A DNA stretch of 64,000 bases from the NCBI GenBank assembly GCA_036785375.1, contig JAWMAR010000666.1, positions 434,001 to 498,000 on the forward strand. The letters run 5' to 3'. A model generated the notes under the pieces. The model searched no databases. It worked only from the letters and a program-made list of their open reading frames with translations, and was not told the DNA's origin. Both the position numbers and the translations under genes were made by a program. Below are positions 12,150-25,274 of this stretch, piece by piece (within the stretch, counting starts at the first letter, position 1; every line of letters starts with the position of its first letter). The DNA comes from Leucoraja ocellata (Eukaryota).

Positions 12150-15100
12150 AAAGTGGATAAGTCCCCAGGTGCTTCAGGTCTGATAGAATTGGAGGGGCAA
12201 GAGGAGGAGGTGTTGCATTGCTTATCAGGGAAGATATTACAGCAGTGCTTTGGCAGGATAGATTAGAGGGCTCGTCTAGGGAGGCTATTTGGGTGGAACT
12301 GAGAAATGGGAAAGGGGTAGCAACACTTATAGGGGTGTATTATAGACTGCCAAATGGGGAGCGAGAATTGGAAGAGCAAATATGTAAGGAGATAGCAGAT
12401 ATTAGTAGTAAGCACAAGGTAGTGATTGTGGGAGATTTCAATTTTCCACATATAGACTGGGAAACACATTCTGTAAATGGGCTGGATGGGTTGGAGTTTG
12501 TAAAATGTGTGCAGGATAGTTTTTTGCAGCAATACATAGAAGTACCTACTAGAGGAGGGGCAGTGCTGGACCTCCTGTTAGGAAATGAGACGGGTCAGGT
12601 GGCAGAGGTATGCGTTGGGGAACAGTTCGGGACCAGTGATCACAATACCATTAGTTTCAATATAATTATGGAGAGGGTCAGAACTGGACCTAGGGTTGAG
12701 ATTTTTGATTGGAGAAAGGCTAACTTTGATGAGATGCGAGATTATTTAAAAGAAGTGAACTGGGACATTTTGTTTTATGGGAAAGATGTAGAAGAGAAAT
12801 GGAGGACATTTAAAGGGGAAGTCTTAAGAGTACAGAATCTTTATGTTCCTGTTCGGTTGAAAGGAAACAGTAAAAATTGGAAAGAGCCCTGGTTTTCAAG
12901 GGAAATTGGACATCTTGTTCGGAACAAGAGGGAGATCTACAATAATTATAGGCAGCATGAAGTAAATGAGGTGCTTGAGGAGTATAAGGAATTAAGGGAC
13001 ATAAGTTTAGGGGTAATATGAGGGGGAACTTCTTTACTCAGAGAGTGGTAGCGGTGTGGAATGAGCTTCCAGTGGAAGTGGTGGAGGCAGGTTCATTGGT
13101 ATCATTTAAAAATAAATTGGAAAGGCATATGGATGAGAAGGGAATGGAGGGTTATGGTATGAGTGCAGGCAGGTGGGACTAAGGGGAAAAAAGTTATTCG
13201 GCACGGACTTGTGGGGCCGAGATGGCCTGTTTCCATGCTGTAATTGTTATATGGTTATATGGTTAATGTAAAAAGAATCTTAAAAAATAAATTAGAAAAG
13301 CTAAAAGAAGATATGAGGTTGCTTTGGCAAGTAAGGTGAAAGTAAATCCAAAGGGTTTCTACAGCTATATTAATAGCAAAATGATAACGAGGGATAAAAT
13401 TGGTCCATTGGAGAGACAGAGTGGACAGTTATCTGCAGAGCCAAAAGAGATGGGGGAGATATTGAATATTTTTTTTTCTTCGGTATTCACCAAGGAGAAG
13501 GATATTGAATTATGTGAGGTAAGGGAAACTAGTAGAGTAGCTATGGATACTATGAGTTTCAAAGTAAAGGAAGTACTGACACTTTTGAAAAATATAAAAG
13601 TGGATAAGTCTCCAGGTCCTGACAGGATATTCCCTAGGACATTGAGGGAAGTTAGTGTAGAAATAGCCTGGGCTATGACAGAAATATTTCAAATGTCATT
13701 AGAAACGGGAATAGTCCCCGAGGATTGGCGTACTGCACATGTTGTTCCATTGTTTAAAAAGGGTTCTAAGAGTAAACCTAGCAATTATAGATCTGTTAGT
13801 TTGACTTCAGTGGTGGGCAAATTAATGGAAAAGATACTTAGAGATAATATATATAAGCATCTGGATAAACAGGGTGTGATTAAGAACAGTCAACATGGAT
13901 TTGTGCCTGGAAGGTCATGTTTGACTAATCTTCTTGAATTTTTTGAAGAGGTTACTAGGGAAATTGACGAGGGTAAACCAGTGGATGTTGTCTATATGGA
14001 CTTTAGTAAGGCCTTTGACAAGGTTCCTCATGGAAGGTTGGTTAAGAAGGTTCAACTGTTGGGTATAAATGCAGGAATAGCAAGATGGATTCAACAGTGG
14101 CTGAATGGGAGAAGCCAGAGGGTAATGGTGGATGGCTGTTTATCGGGTTGGAGGCAGGTGACTAGTGGGGTGCCTCAGGGATCTGTGTTGGGTCCTTTGT
14201 TGTTTGTCATGTACATCAATGATCTGGATGAAGGTGTGGTAAATTGGATTAGTAAGTATGCAGATGATACCAAGATAGGGGGTGTTGTGGATAATGAAGA
14301 GGATTTCCAAAGTCTACAGAGTGATTTAGGCCATTTGGAAAAATGGGCTGAAAGATGGCAGACGGAGTTCAATGCTGATAAATGTGAGGTGCTACACCTT
14401 GGCAGGACAAATTAAAATAGGACGTACATGGTAAATGGTAGGGAATTGAAGAATACAGTTGAACAGAGGGATCTGGGTATAACCGTGCATAGTTCCTTGA
14501 AGGTGGAATCTCATATAGATAGGGTGGTAAAGAAAGCTTTTGGTATGCTAGCCTTTATAAATCAGAGCATTGAGTATAGAAGCTGGGATGTAATGTTAAC
14601 ATTGTACAAGGCATTGGTGAGACCAAATCTGGAGTATGGTGTACAATTTTGGTCGCCCAATTATAGGAAGGATGTCAACAAAATAGAGAGAGTACAGAGG
14701 AGATTTACTAGAATGTTGCCTGGATTTCAACAACTAAGTTACAGAGATAGGTTGAATAAGTTAGGTCTTTATTCTCTGGAGCGCAGAAGGTTGAGGGGGG
14801 ACTTGATAGAGGTCTTTAAAATGATGAGCGGGATAGACAGAGTTGATGTGGACAAGCTTTTCCCTTTGAGAATAGGGAAGATTCAAACAAGAGGACATTA
14901 CTTCAGAATTAAGGGACAGAAGTTTAGGGGTAATATGAGGGGGAACTTTTTTACTCAGAGAGTGGTAGCGGTGTGGAATGAGCTTCCAGTGGAAGTGGTG
15001 GAGGCAGGTTCATTGGTATCATTTAAAAACAAATTGGATAGGCATATGGATGAGAAGGGAATGGAGGGTTATGGTATGAGTGCAGGCAGGTGGGACTAAG

Positions 15101-15185
15101 GGAAAAAAAGTTGTTCGGCACGGACTTGTAGGGCCGAGATGGCCTGTTTCCGTGCTGTAATTGTTATATGGTTATATGGATATAT
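12150..15185 (+). mobile_element. CR1 LINE with near-complete ORF2 (EN+RT), interrupted by a copy of its own family's 3' end
   Basis: ORFs 12218-13021 (GDFNFP, SDHN), 13324-14415 (YADD) and 14428-15099; 12990-13265 duplicates 14905-15180. Confidence 0.93.
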
Positions 15186-15214
15186 GGTTTTTCAAATACC
15201 TCGAGTTACCAGTC

Positions 15215-15862
15215 TGAAGAAAGTGAAAGGTATGTTAGCATTCATAGCAAAAGGAGCAGGGAGGTTCTACTGCAGTTGCACAGGGTCTTGGTGAGACCAC
15301 ACCTGGAGTATTGCGTACAGTTTTGGTCTCCAAATCTGAGGAAGGACATTCTTGCCATAGAGGGTCCAGAGAAGGTTCACCAGACTGATTCCTGGGATGG
15401 CAGGACTTTCATATGAAGAAAGACTGGATAGACTCGGCTTGTACTCGCTAGAATTTAGAAGATTGAGGGGGGGATCTTATAGAAACTTACAAAATTCTTA
15501 AGGGGTTGGACAGGCTAGATGCAGGAAGATTGTTCCCGATGTTGGGGAAGTCCAGAACAAGGGGTCACAGTTTAAGGATAAGAGGGAAATATTTTAGGAC
15601 CGAGATGAGGAAAACATTTTTCACACAGAGAGTGGTGAATCTGTGGAATTCTCTGCCACAGAAGGTAGTTGAGGCCAGTTCATTGACTATATTTAAGAGG
15701 GAGTTAGATGTGACCCTTGTGACTAAAGTGATCAGGGGGAATGGAGAGAAGGCAGGTACGGGATACTGAGTTGGATGATCAGCCATGATCATATTGAATG
15801 GCGGTGCAGGCTCGAAGGGCCGAATGGCCTACTCCTGCAACTATTTTCGATGTTTCTATGTT
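15215..15862 (+). mobile_element. CR1 3' fragment
   Basis: [13 protein letters not shown] and FFTQRVVNLWNSLP motifs; 3' tail. Confidence 0.9.
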
Positions 15863-16247
15863 TCCTGTCCAACACTGTTATCGTTCCTTCAGGTTTGTGA
15901 GCTTTAATATTCTTTTGTGGTTGATTTTGGTGGTGTTGCATTTATATAATGTTGGGGTATTTTGGACACTTATGGTACAAATGTCATGCCAAGCTGGACA
16001 AGGTTTCAGCGTTATTGCACAGGAAGCAGACATTCTGTCTTTCATTTTGTTTAAGAAGGAACTGCAGATGCTGGAAAATGGACGATACACAAAAATGCTG
16101 GAGAAACTCAGCCTGAAGAAGGGTTTCGGCCAGAAACGTTGCCTATTTCCTTCGCTCCATAGATGCTGTTGCACCCACTGAGTTTCTCCAGCATTTGTGT
16201 CTACCACCAGTCTTTCATTTTGTCGCCTCTGAAAGGGGTATTTGTAT

Positions 16248-17132
16248 AGGGAGGTTTCACGGCAGTGGGGTCACGACCCATGCATGACCCGTACTGTTGC
16301 TACGCTACACCAAGTGGATTACACGCGATGAACTGCAGGTAGGCACTTACCATTGTTTCCAGCGTAGAGGGCCCGTTAAAACCCACCAAAATTGTCAATG
16401 TTTGCGCTGTAAATAATGATGGAAATCGGGATAAGCGTGAGAGACATTTATCCTACTTCAGGATTCCAAAAGTGAGGAGAAATGACGGTAGATAGAAGCG
16501 AGAGGTGAAGGGACAACAACAGCCAGAGTGCTTGGCGAACATTGGCATTTTGCTCACTGCATTTCATCAACTAAGGCATTATTTGTGTTTTTTCTTGATT
16601 CCTTTGGCATCTAAAAAGTTTCAGAAGTGATAAATCTGGTTGTAATTTTTTTAAATCGCCCATGGTGCTCAAGTGGGGTTTTACATACAAAATGAAAATG
16701 CCTCTGTAGCAAAATTTACAGCCAGATTTATCACTTCTGAGACTTTTTAGATACCAAAGAAATCAAGTAAAACTACAAATAATGCCTTACTGTTGATGAA
16801 ATGCAGTGAGCAAACGCAATAATTCCCAATATTTTCAATTCCGATATCTGCACGGCTAATGTTCACCAAGCACTTTAGCTGTTGTTGTCCCTTCAGCTCT
16901 CGCTTCTCTATACCTTCATTTTGCTTCACGTTTGGAATGCTAAAGCTAAACCCCGACTTCCACAATTTTTTTCAGCGCAGAAATTCACCATTTTGGCGGT
17001 TTTTAACAGGTAGGAAAGTAGGCGTTTCTTGCATTAATAACATATACCAGAAGTGACGGATGTCTTCCAGTTGGATTTAGCGGCTCCGTGCGTCGAGCCC
17101 TGTGACCCAGTGACCTTACGTGCAACCCCCCT
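16248..17132. mobile_element. Non-autonomous DNA transposon (ISL2EU-like) with two opposed THAP relics
   Basis: AT|aggg...ccccct|AT termini; + strand reads VNVCAVNNDGNRDKRERHLSYFRIPK; - strand reads ...CVCSLHF. Confidence 0.65.
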
Positions 17133-18069
17133 ATAAAATGGACATTGGTCATTAACCAAACTTTTTCATGCTCAGTTTCTCCTCCAACCCTTATTAGCAA
17201 AATTATCCTTCCTTCCTTCCTTCCTTCCTTCCTTGCCATTTAAATGGAATGGAATACTTTATAGCCAGTGAAATTCTTTGCTGAATACCTAACGTGTAGA
17301 CATATACAAACCTCAATTACTTCACCTAATTCTAGTTACAATAAAGTAATATTTTTGATTCCATGTTATTCTTCTTCTTGTATTGACAGTTTTTCTCATT
17401 CTCTACAAGTGGTAACAAATTTATTAAACCCTTTTTGTTATTATAAATCTCATTTGGGGTATGCTTTGGCCTTTTACAAGAGTTTAAGTACTTCATTTTG
17501 CATTTATGCATATTATCTCGTGCCTGTGTTATCATTATGTCTATTTTTGAACCCTATCCTTTCCAATAGTTCCAGCTTTCTTCACCAAAAAGAGACCTGA
17601 CCCAAAATGGCTCCTATCCATGTTCACCAGAGATGCTGCCTGACCTGCTGAGTTACTTCAGAACTGTCTTTTTAGCGAGCCAGCATTTGCAGTGGTGAAG
17701 AAAGGTCTCAACCGAAAAAGGTCACAGATCTATGTTCTCCAAAGATGCTGCCTGACCTGCTGAGTTACTCCAGCACTTTGTGTCTATAAAATATGAGATT
17801 TGTACAAAAGTGAGGAATGATCTTAACTTGGATGATCAAAACATTAAATGCAAGAAGTATAAGTCAAGTCAAGTCACATTTATTTATATAGCATATTTAA
17901 AAAACAACTCTGGCTGGCCAAAGTGCTTTACATTTGTTATAAGAATAGTATAAACAAACAAACTACATACATATATACACATATCCCTCGCTCAGTGGAC
18001 GTCAGGAAAGGCTTGGGAGTATAGATACGTTTTTAGTATTTACTTAAAGGAGTCGATGGAGGGGGCAGT

Positions 18070-18990
18070 ATAAGGAATAAAGTGGACGAGCTTGAGGCTC
18101 AGTTAGAAACTGGCAAGTATGATGTTGTGGGAATTACTGCAAGAGGGCCAGGGCTGGGAACTGAATATTCAAGGGTATACTTCCTATCGAAAAGACAGAC
18201 AGGTGCCCTGTTGGTGAGGAATGAAATTCAGTCCCTTGCAAGGGGTGACATTGAAACAGGAGATGTGGAGTCAGTATGGATAGAACTAAGGAATTGTAAG
18301 AGTAAAAAGACCCTAATGGGACTTATCTACAGGCCCCTAAACAGTAGCCTGGATATAGCAAGAGTAGCAAGTTGAATCAGGAGTTAAAATTGGCATGTAG
18401 CAAAGGTAATGCTGTGGTTGTTATGGGAGATTTCAACATGCAGGTAGACTGGGAAAATCAGGTTGGTACTGGACCCCAAGAAAGGGACTTTGTAGAGTGC
18501 CTTTGTGATAGATTCTTAGAGCAGCTAGTATTGGAGCCTATCAGGGAGAAGGCAATTCTGGATTTAATGTTATATAATGAACCGGATTTGATAAAGGAAC
18601 TCGAGGTTAATGAGCCATTAGGAGGTAGTGCCCATAAAATGGTCAGGTTTAATCTACAATTGGAGAGGGAGAAGAGTAGATCAGAGGTGTCAGTGTTGCA
18701 GTTGAATAAAGAGAACTATGGGGCCATGAGGGAGGAGCTGGCCAAAGTTGACTGGAAAGATACACTAGCATGGATGACAGTGGAACAAATGGCAGGTGTT
18801 TCTAGGAATAATACAGATCATGCAGGATCAGTTCATTCCAAGGAGGAAGAAAGGTTCAAAGGGGAGTAAGGGACGACCATGGCTGACACGGGACGTCAGG
18901 GACAGTATAAAAATAAAAGAGAAGTACAACGTAGCAAAGATGAGCGGGAAGCAAGAGGATTGGGTAATGTTTAAAGAACAACAGAAGATA
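18070..18990 (+). mobile_element. CR1 endonuclease-region fragment
   Basis: DELEAQL, YRP, MGDFN and LDL motifs. Confidence 0.88.
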
Positions 18991-19144
18991 TTGTCTATCA
19001 GTTTGGGTGGATTTAAGAAATACAAGGGATATAATTTGCAAGTGAGTATCGTCTAAAGAATATCTATTGCTAGTTGCACTGCAGGCAGAATACAAATTAA
19101 ACTTTTGCTAAAAGTGGCACGCAATGATTTGAAACCATGTTAAG

Positions 19145-19292
19145 TTGTTTAGTTTAGAGATACAGCGCGGAAACATGCCCTTTGGCCCTCCACGTCCGCA
19201 CCGACCAGCGATTCCCGCACATTAATAGCTACCCTACACAGTCTAGGGACAAATTACATTTAGACCAAGCCAATTAACCTACAAACCTGTGC
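19145..19292 (-). mobile_element. SINE 3' fragment (HE1/V-SINE-like)
   Basis: Reverse-strand tail gtttagtttagagatacagcgcggaaaca...aagccaattaacctacaaacc. Confidence 0.55.
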
Positions 19293-19743
19293 AAATATTA
19301 AACTCAACTTTCCCTGTAACCGGAGCTAACTACAATGACTTTAACCAGGGAACATGGCTATGTCAAGTGCTGGAGGCATTCAGCAGTTCAGGCACAATCT
19401 GCCTGAGTGCAAGTGGAATGGACAGATGACACCTCAGGTCAGCAACTTTCCTCAGACTGATGAAAGAGAGTGAAAAGCAGCAGAGGCACGCAGGACAATG
19501 CCAGCATGTAAATGGGTGCTACATGTGGGGTGTAATTAGCCTCATATGGATGGAGTGAGGGACAAAGGCTCGAGGTGAAAGGGACAAAATGCCAAATAAG
19601 GAGAGTACTAGGAGAGTAATGGGTGGAAGGGAGAGAAGGAAATATGAGACTCCCGTTTGACAGCTGAGCGTACAGGGGAAGGGAAAGGACCAGTGTTAGT
19701 TAGTTCACCAGGGTGTGTTGTGGGGGGGGGTTGTTATTATCAG

Positions 19744-20238
19744 TGAACGATAGAAAGGCTGCAGAATCACATCAAAAGGATCAAGTGGCCTCTGCGAGCC
19801 AAGCTCTGCAGAATTTTGAATGTGTGGACTTGCTTCAGAAAGCAAATGAGATCCAACCACATCTGCAAAATGGAGCTGTGTTGGAATCGTTGACTCCTGC
19901 TGCTGGTGTCTTGCTCGTTCACAGCCCACATCATGAGCAAATTGGGATGAAAAACAATGTTGATGCCGCTGGTGAAAGCACAGAATCTATCTCCGCTCAC
20001 TTGGAGCTGAATAATTGTCCAGCTGATGAGGAAGATTTAAATAAGTCTGCCTGCAACCTCAGAACATCACGTAGGTTGATGCAGAAAATAATTGATAGTC
20101 ACAAATCCAGTTGTGTAAAGTTAAATGATAAGTACTCATTGAATGTTCAACGTGCCACCACGGTGCAGGAATCCACCAAAACATCATTGCGCAAACCCAT
20201 TGCCAGGGCAAAGAATAACCTACTTTCTTCTCCCAGTT
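19744..20238 (+). CDS. Putative internal coding exon of an unidentified gene (495 nt, phase 1-1)
   Basis: ttattatcag| acceptor and |gtaagt donor; open 165-codon frame of non-repeat, S/K/Q/E-rich composition (NDRKAAESHQKDQ...NNLLSSPS). Confidence 0.55.
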
Positions 20239-20544
20239 GTAAGTATCGTCAAACAAAAGCTATGGAGAATGCTGGAAATGTTCTCAGTTAATATTTGTGG
20301 AGGGTTTTCCGGTGGCGGCATGCTCTGCTAGCAGTCGCAAATTTTCTAGCTCCGCTGATAAAAATCGCGATTTTTCGCGTTAAAATCGGGTCTGGAGGTC
20401 GGGAGCACAAATGGCAAATAAAGTTGTTGACCTTTGAACATTGACTTGTCTAATTTCCCTTCTCAGCTCTCCCTCAACCCTCTGTCTCCACCTCGTCCTT
20501 TCATCTTCCCCCCGCCCCAACTTGTCCAGCTTTGAGGAAACTTC

Positions 20545-21343
20545 GCCCGGTTTCACTTTTTTCAACCCGCCCATTTCTGGCTTCGATTAGATGAAAACTT
20601 GAGAGGNNNNNNNNNNNNNNNNNNNNNNNNNNNNNNNNNNNNNNNNNNNNNNNNNNNNNNNNNNNNNNNNNNNNNNNNNNNNNNNNNNNNNNNNNNNNNN
20701 NNNNNNNNNNNNNNNNNNNNNNNNNNNNNNNNNNNNNNNNNNNNNNNNNNNNNNNNNNNNNNNNNNNNNNNNNNNNNNNNNNNNNNNNNNNTTCCCCTGC
20801 GGGAGTCCCGGACTCCAGGCTGAAGAAAGCGCTCTGTGTGACGCCGGTGACTTTACTCCGCGCTGTTGCTGGGCGCCGGTGACAGACTCGGCCCCCGGGG
20901 GTAAGGAGGGTCCCGGCCGGAGGGAGGGAGGGGAAGCGGCCGCGCCGGCCGGGGATTGATCAGGTGAGTGGGGTCTCCGGGACAACTCACGGCGCCGGAG
21001 CCGCTGGGACAAAGCGATCGATCACTCACCTGTTTGCCAGCGGCATTCGGTGAAAGGGAATCCCCGCTGTCCCGGCCCGGCCCGGCCCACTGCCCCCGGG
21101 GCACGGCTCGGTCCCAGGCCCCGGTAGGTTTCCGAAGTCTGGTCGCTCGGGAGCCGGTGCGGGTCAGGGAGGGAGGGAGGGAGGCGGCTGTCGGTGACAC
21201 CTCGGGAGAGCTGGCCGTTCACCGGGATGTGTTTAATCCCAGTGGTCACATTCTGTATGTGACGGGCGGGCGGGCGGGATGTGGCCGCGATTGCAAGAAG
21301 GGAACTTGCTGCACCACTGTGTGAAACTCTGGGCCGGCGGCGG
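20545..21343. promoter_or_regulatory. CpG-island module copy 1 (candidate promoter/non-coding first exon)
   Basis: GC-rich; + strand donor cag|gtgagt at 20963/4; - strand donor at 21024-21029; IRF-like GTTTCACTTT at ~20550; N gap at 20607-20791. Confidence 0.65.
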
Positions 21344-21531
21344 CGACAAACTACGCTGACACAGTCAATGTGTTACTGCTGAGAACATATTAATGTAACA
21401 ACCGGATTTACACAGCGACTGCCTCCTCTGTAACCCCCTTCCTCACTTCCTACTTACCGCACTCCCCCCAAACCCGGCACGGTCTCCCTGAGGAACCCCG
21501 GTCTCAGAGCAGCTCCTCGGCTTTCTTATAT

Positions 21532-22918
21532 AGGGGGGTTGCACGTAAGGTCACTGGGTCATAGGGCTTGACGCACGGAGCCGCTCAATCCATCTGGAGG
21601 ACATCCGGAACTTCCAGGATATGTTATTAATGCAAGAAACGCGTACTTTCCCACCTGTTCAAAACCGCCAAAATGTTGCATTTTTGGGCTGAACAATATT
21701 GTGGAAGTTGGGGAAAGTGAGAGACATTTATCCTACTTTAGAATTCTAAACGTGAAGCGAAATGAAGGTAAATAGAAGCGAGAGCTGAAGGGATAACAAC
21801 AGCTAAAGTGTTTGGTAAACATTGGCCGTGCAGATATCGTAATTGAAAATATTGGGAATTATCGCGTTTGCTCACTGCATTTCATCAACAGTAAGGCATT
21901 ATTTGTGTTTTTTCTTGATTCCTTTGGTATCTAAAAATTCTCAGAGTGATAAATCTGGCTGTAATTTTTTCTTCAGATGCGTTTTCATTTTGTATGTAAC
22001 ACCCACTGGGGAACCATGGGCGATTTAAAAATTTACAGCCAGATTTATCACTTCTGAAACTTTTTAGATGCCATGACCCGTCCTGTTGCTACGCTACACC
22101 AAGTGGATTACAAGCATGAACTGCAGGTAGGCACTTACCATTGTTTCCAACATAGCCGACCCGTTAAAACCCGCCGAAATTGTCACGGTTTGCGCTGTAA
22201 ATAATGATGGAAATCGGGATAAGCGTGAGAGACATTTATCCTACTTCAGAATTCCAAAAGTGAGGAGAAATGACGGTAGATAGAAGCGAGAGGTGAAGGG
22301 ACAACAACAGCCAGAGTGATTGGCAAACATTGGCCGTTTTCTCACTGCATTTCATCAACTAAGGCATTATTTGTGATTCCTTTGGCATCTAAGAAGTGAT
22401 AAATCGGGCTGTAAATTTTTAAATCGCCCATGGTTCTCAAGTGGGGTTTTTACATACAAAATGAAAACGCATCTGAAGAAAAATTTACAGCCAGATTTAT
22501 CACTCTGAGAATTTTTAGATACCAAAGGTATCAAGAAAACACACAAATAATGCCTTACTGTTGATGAAATGCAGTGAGCAAACGCGATAATTCCAAATAT
22601 TTTCAATTTCGATATCTGCACGGCCAATGTTTACCAAACACTTTAGCTGTTGTTGTCCCTTCAGCTCTCGCTTCTCTATACCTTCATTTCGCTTCACGTT
22701 TGGAATTCTAAAGTAGGGTAGATGTCTCTCACATTTTCCCCAACTTCCACAATTTTTTTCAGCGCAAAAAACAACATTTTGGCGGTTTTTAAAAGGTAGG
22801 AAAGTACGCGTTTCTTGCAGTAATAACATGTACCGGAAGTTACGGATGTCCTCCAGATGGATTGAGCGGCTCCGTGCGTCAAGCCCTAACACCCAGTGAC
22901 CTTACGTGCAACCCCCCT
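21532..22918. mobile_element. Foldback derivative of the same ISL2EU-like/THAP element
   Basis: TIR aggggggttgcacgtaaggtcactggg at both ends, flanked by AT; ~500-bp inverted arms; ORF 22515-22892(-) FCAEKNCG...YFRIP...RVCSLHF is a THAP signature. Confidence 0.72.
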
Positions 22919-22919
22919 A

Positions 22920-23478
22920 TTGTGTGTAGTTTTGGTCTCCAAACTTGAGGAAGGACATTCTTGCTATTGAGGGAGTGCGGAGTAGGTTCACAAGGTTAAT
23001 TCCAGGGATGGCGGGACTGTCATATGTTGATAGAATGGACCGGCTGTGCTTGTATATTCTGGAATTTAAAAGGATGAGAGGGGATCTTATTGAAACATAA
23101 AAGACTACTAAGGGTTTGGACACGCTAGAGGCAGGAAACATGTTCCCGATGTTGGGGGAGTCCAGAACTAGGGGCCACAGTTTAAGAATAAGGAGTAAGC
23201 CTTGAGAACGGAGATGAGGAAACATTTTTTCACCCAGAGAGTTGTGAGTCTGTGGAATTCTCTACCTCAGAGGGCGGTGGAGGCCGGTTCTCTGGATACT
23301 TTCAAGAGAGAGCTAGATAGGGCTCTTAAAGATAGCGGAGTCAGGGGATATGGGGAGAAGGCAGGAACGGGGTACTGATTGGGGATGATCAGCCATGATC
23401 ACATTGAATGGCGGTGCAGGCTCGAAGGGCCGAATGGCCTACTCCTGCACCTATTTTCTGTTCTATATTGTCTATTGA
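22920..23478 (+). mobile_element. CR1 3' fragment
   Basis: FWSPNLRKD...WNSLP coding remnants and 3' UTR. Confidence 0.88.
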
Positions 23479-23630
23479 CAGGTTTGTTGGTGAAACTGTA
23501 GAAATTCCTGGGAGAAGGTTTGTCCCAGACCCGGCCCCCTTGACGGGAGACTCAAGGAGCAGATTGTAAAGGGATCCGGGATCCCGGTGCGGAGCCTGGA
23601 GTCCTTTGGCCACCGGTTGCCCTTGGCCAC

Positions 23631-23920
23631 CCCGCACAAGGTGTGACCTTTCACCCCGCACAAGGTGTGACCTTTCACCCCGCACAGGGTGTGACCTTTC
23701 ACCCCGCACAGGGTGTGACCTTTCACCCCGCACAAGGTGTGACCTTTCACCCCGCACAAGGTGTGACCTTTCACCCCGCACAAGGTGTGACCTTTCACCC
23801 CGCACAAGGTGTGACCTTTCACCCCCCACAAGGTGTGACCTTTCACCCCCCACAAGGTGTGACCTTTCACCCCGCACAAGGTGTGATCTTTCACCCCCAC
23901 AAGGTGTGACCTTTCACCCC
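23631..23920. repeat. 24-bp minisatellite (~12 units) just upstream of BTN leader 1
   Basis: cccgcacaaggtgtgacctttcac repeated; followed by a gtgagt donor at 23931. Confidence 0.95.
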
Positions 23921-24065
23921 CTGGTCAACAGTGAGTGGGGGTGGTGGACATCGGCAGCGGGGACGGAGGGGGGGGGGGGGGAGGGGGGTGACAGGTTCGT
24001 GCCCATCACGGGTCTGTCTAACACTTCTCTCTCTCTCTCCCTCAGGCACTGACCCCTCCACTGGG

Positions 24066-24123
24066 ATGGGAGTGGTTCACTGCGCTGTGTTGTTACTGAA
24101 CTGGATCCTCAGCTCAGCCCACG
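24066..24123 (+). CDS. Butyrophilin-like leader (signal peptide) exon 1
   Basis: Exon 24046-24123 with a pyrimidine-rich acceptor; gggATGG context; MGVVHCAVLLLNWILSSAH-G|gtaatg, phase 1. Confidence 0.82.
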
Positions 24124-24594
24124 GTAATGACCACAACATCTGGTCTATTTCTATTTATTTATCTCATGGAGGGGGCTTCATGGAGTCAGAAGATTCATAT
24201 TTTAAAATCATTCATTTTAATGCAGTTGTCCACATCACTTAATACGATCAGGTAGGAGGTTCTTCCTCCCTCTGTGAGCGATGATGGGAACTGCAGGAGT
24301 AGGAGGCAACTTCATTTTCGTGGATAATCAGGATAGCAGGAAGCAGAGAGTGGATGCTGATCATTTTTCTCTCTGGGTGGCAAGATGGAAGGAGTGGTGT
24401 CCCACGGGGATTGGTGTCGAGGCCCCAATGTTATGTAAACAAATAATCGTCGACAAGCAGTGAAAATGTTCACATCCTGGCTTCATTCCTGGATTATAAG
24501 GTTATTAGTGATAGGAGCAGATTAAGGCCATTCCACCCAAGTCTACTCCGCCATTCAATCGTGGCTGATCTATCTCTCCCTCCCTAACCCCATT

Positions 24595-25210
24595 AGAGTC
24601 ATAGTCATAGAGTGATACAGCATGGAAACAGGTCCTTCGGCCCAACTTGCCCTCTAAACCTATCCTATCCTATCCATGTACCTGTCCAACTGTTTCTTAA
24701 AAGATTGGATAGTCCCAGCCTCAACTACCTCCTCTAGCAGCTTGTTCCATACACCCACCACCCTCTGTGTGAAAATGTTACCCCTCAAATTCCTATTAAA
24801 TCTTTTCCCCTTCAACTTGAACCTATGTCCTCTGGTCCTCGATTCCCCTACTCTGGGTAAAAGACTCTGTGCATCTACCCAATCTATTCCTCTCATGATT
24901 TTGTACACCTCTATAAGATCTTCCCTCATCCTCCTGTGCTCCATGGAATAGAGACCCAGCCTACTCAACCTCTCCCTATAGCTCACACCCTCTAGTCCTG
25001 GCAACATCCTCGTAAATCTTTTCTGAAGATTCTCAAGCTTGACAATATATTTCCTATAACCTGGTGACCAGAACTGAACACAATATTCTAAATGCGGTTT
25101 CACCAACGTCTTATACAACTGCAAGTTCTGTACTCAATACTCTGACTGATGAAGGCCAAAGAGCCAAAAGCCTTTTTGACCACCTTATGTACCTGCGACT
25201 CGACCTTCAA
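24595..25210 (-). mobile_element. CR1 3' fragment
   Basis: ORF 24660-25124 [13 protein letters not shown]...FTQRVVGVWN. Confidence 0.9.
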
Positions 25211-25274
25211 TAAGGGATTATCCTTATTGATTCCTTAAATAATTATATTTCCAATTATTTGAATTGACCCGCAG

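Noticed and set aside
19002-19041. Possible 40-nt exon with a gtgagt donor
   Set aside because: The frame needed to join the 19744 exon contains a stop; it abuts CR1 sequence.
20587-21324. GC-rich ORFs in the CpG modules (also 32053-32613)
   Set aside because: Expected by chance in high-GC DNA; the (GGGA)n length difference shifts frames between copies.
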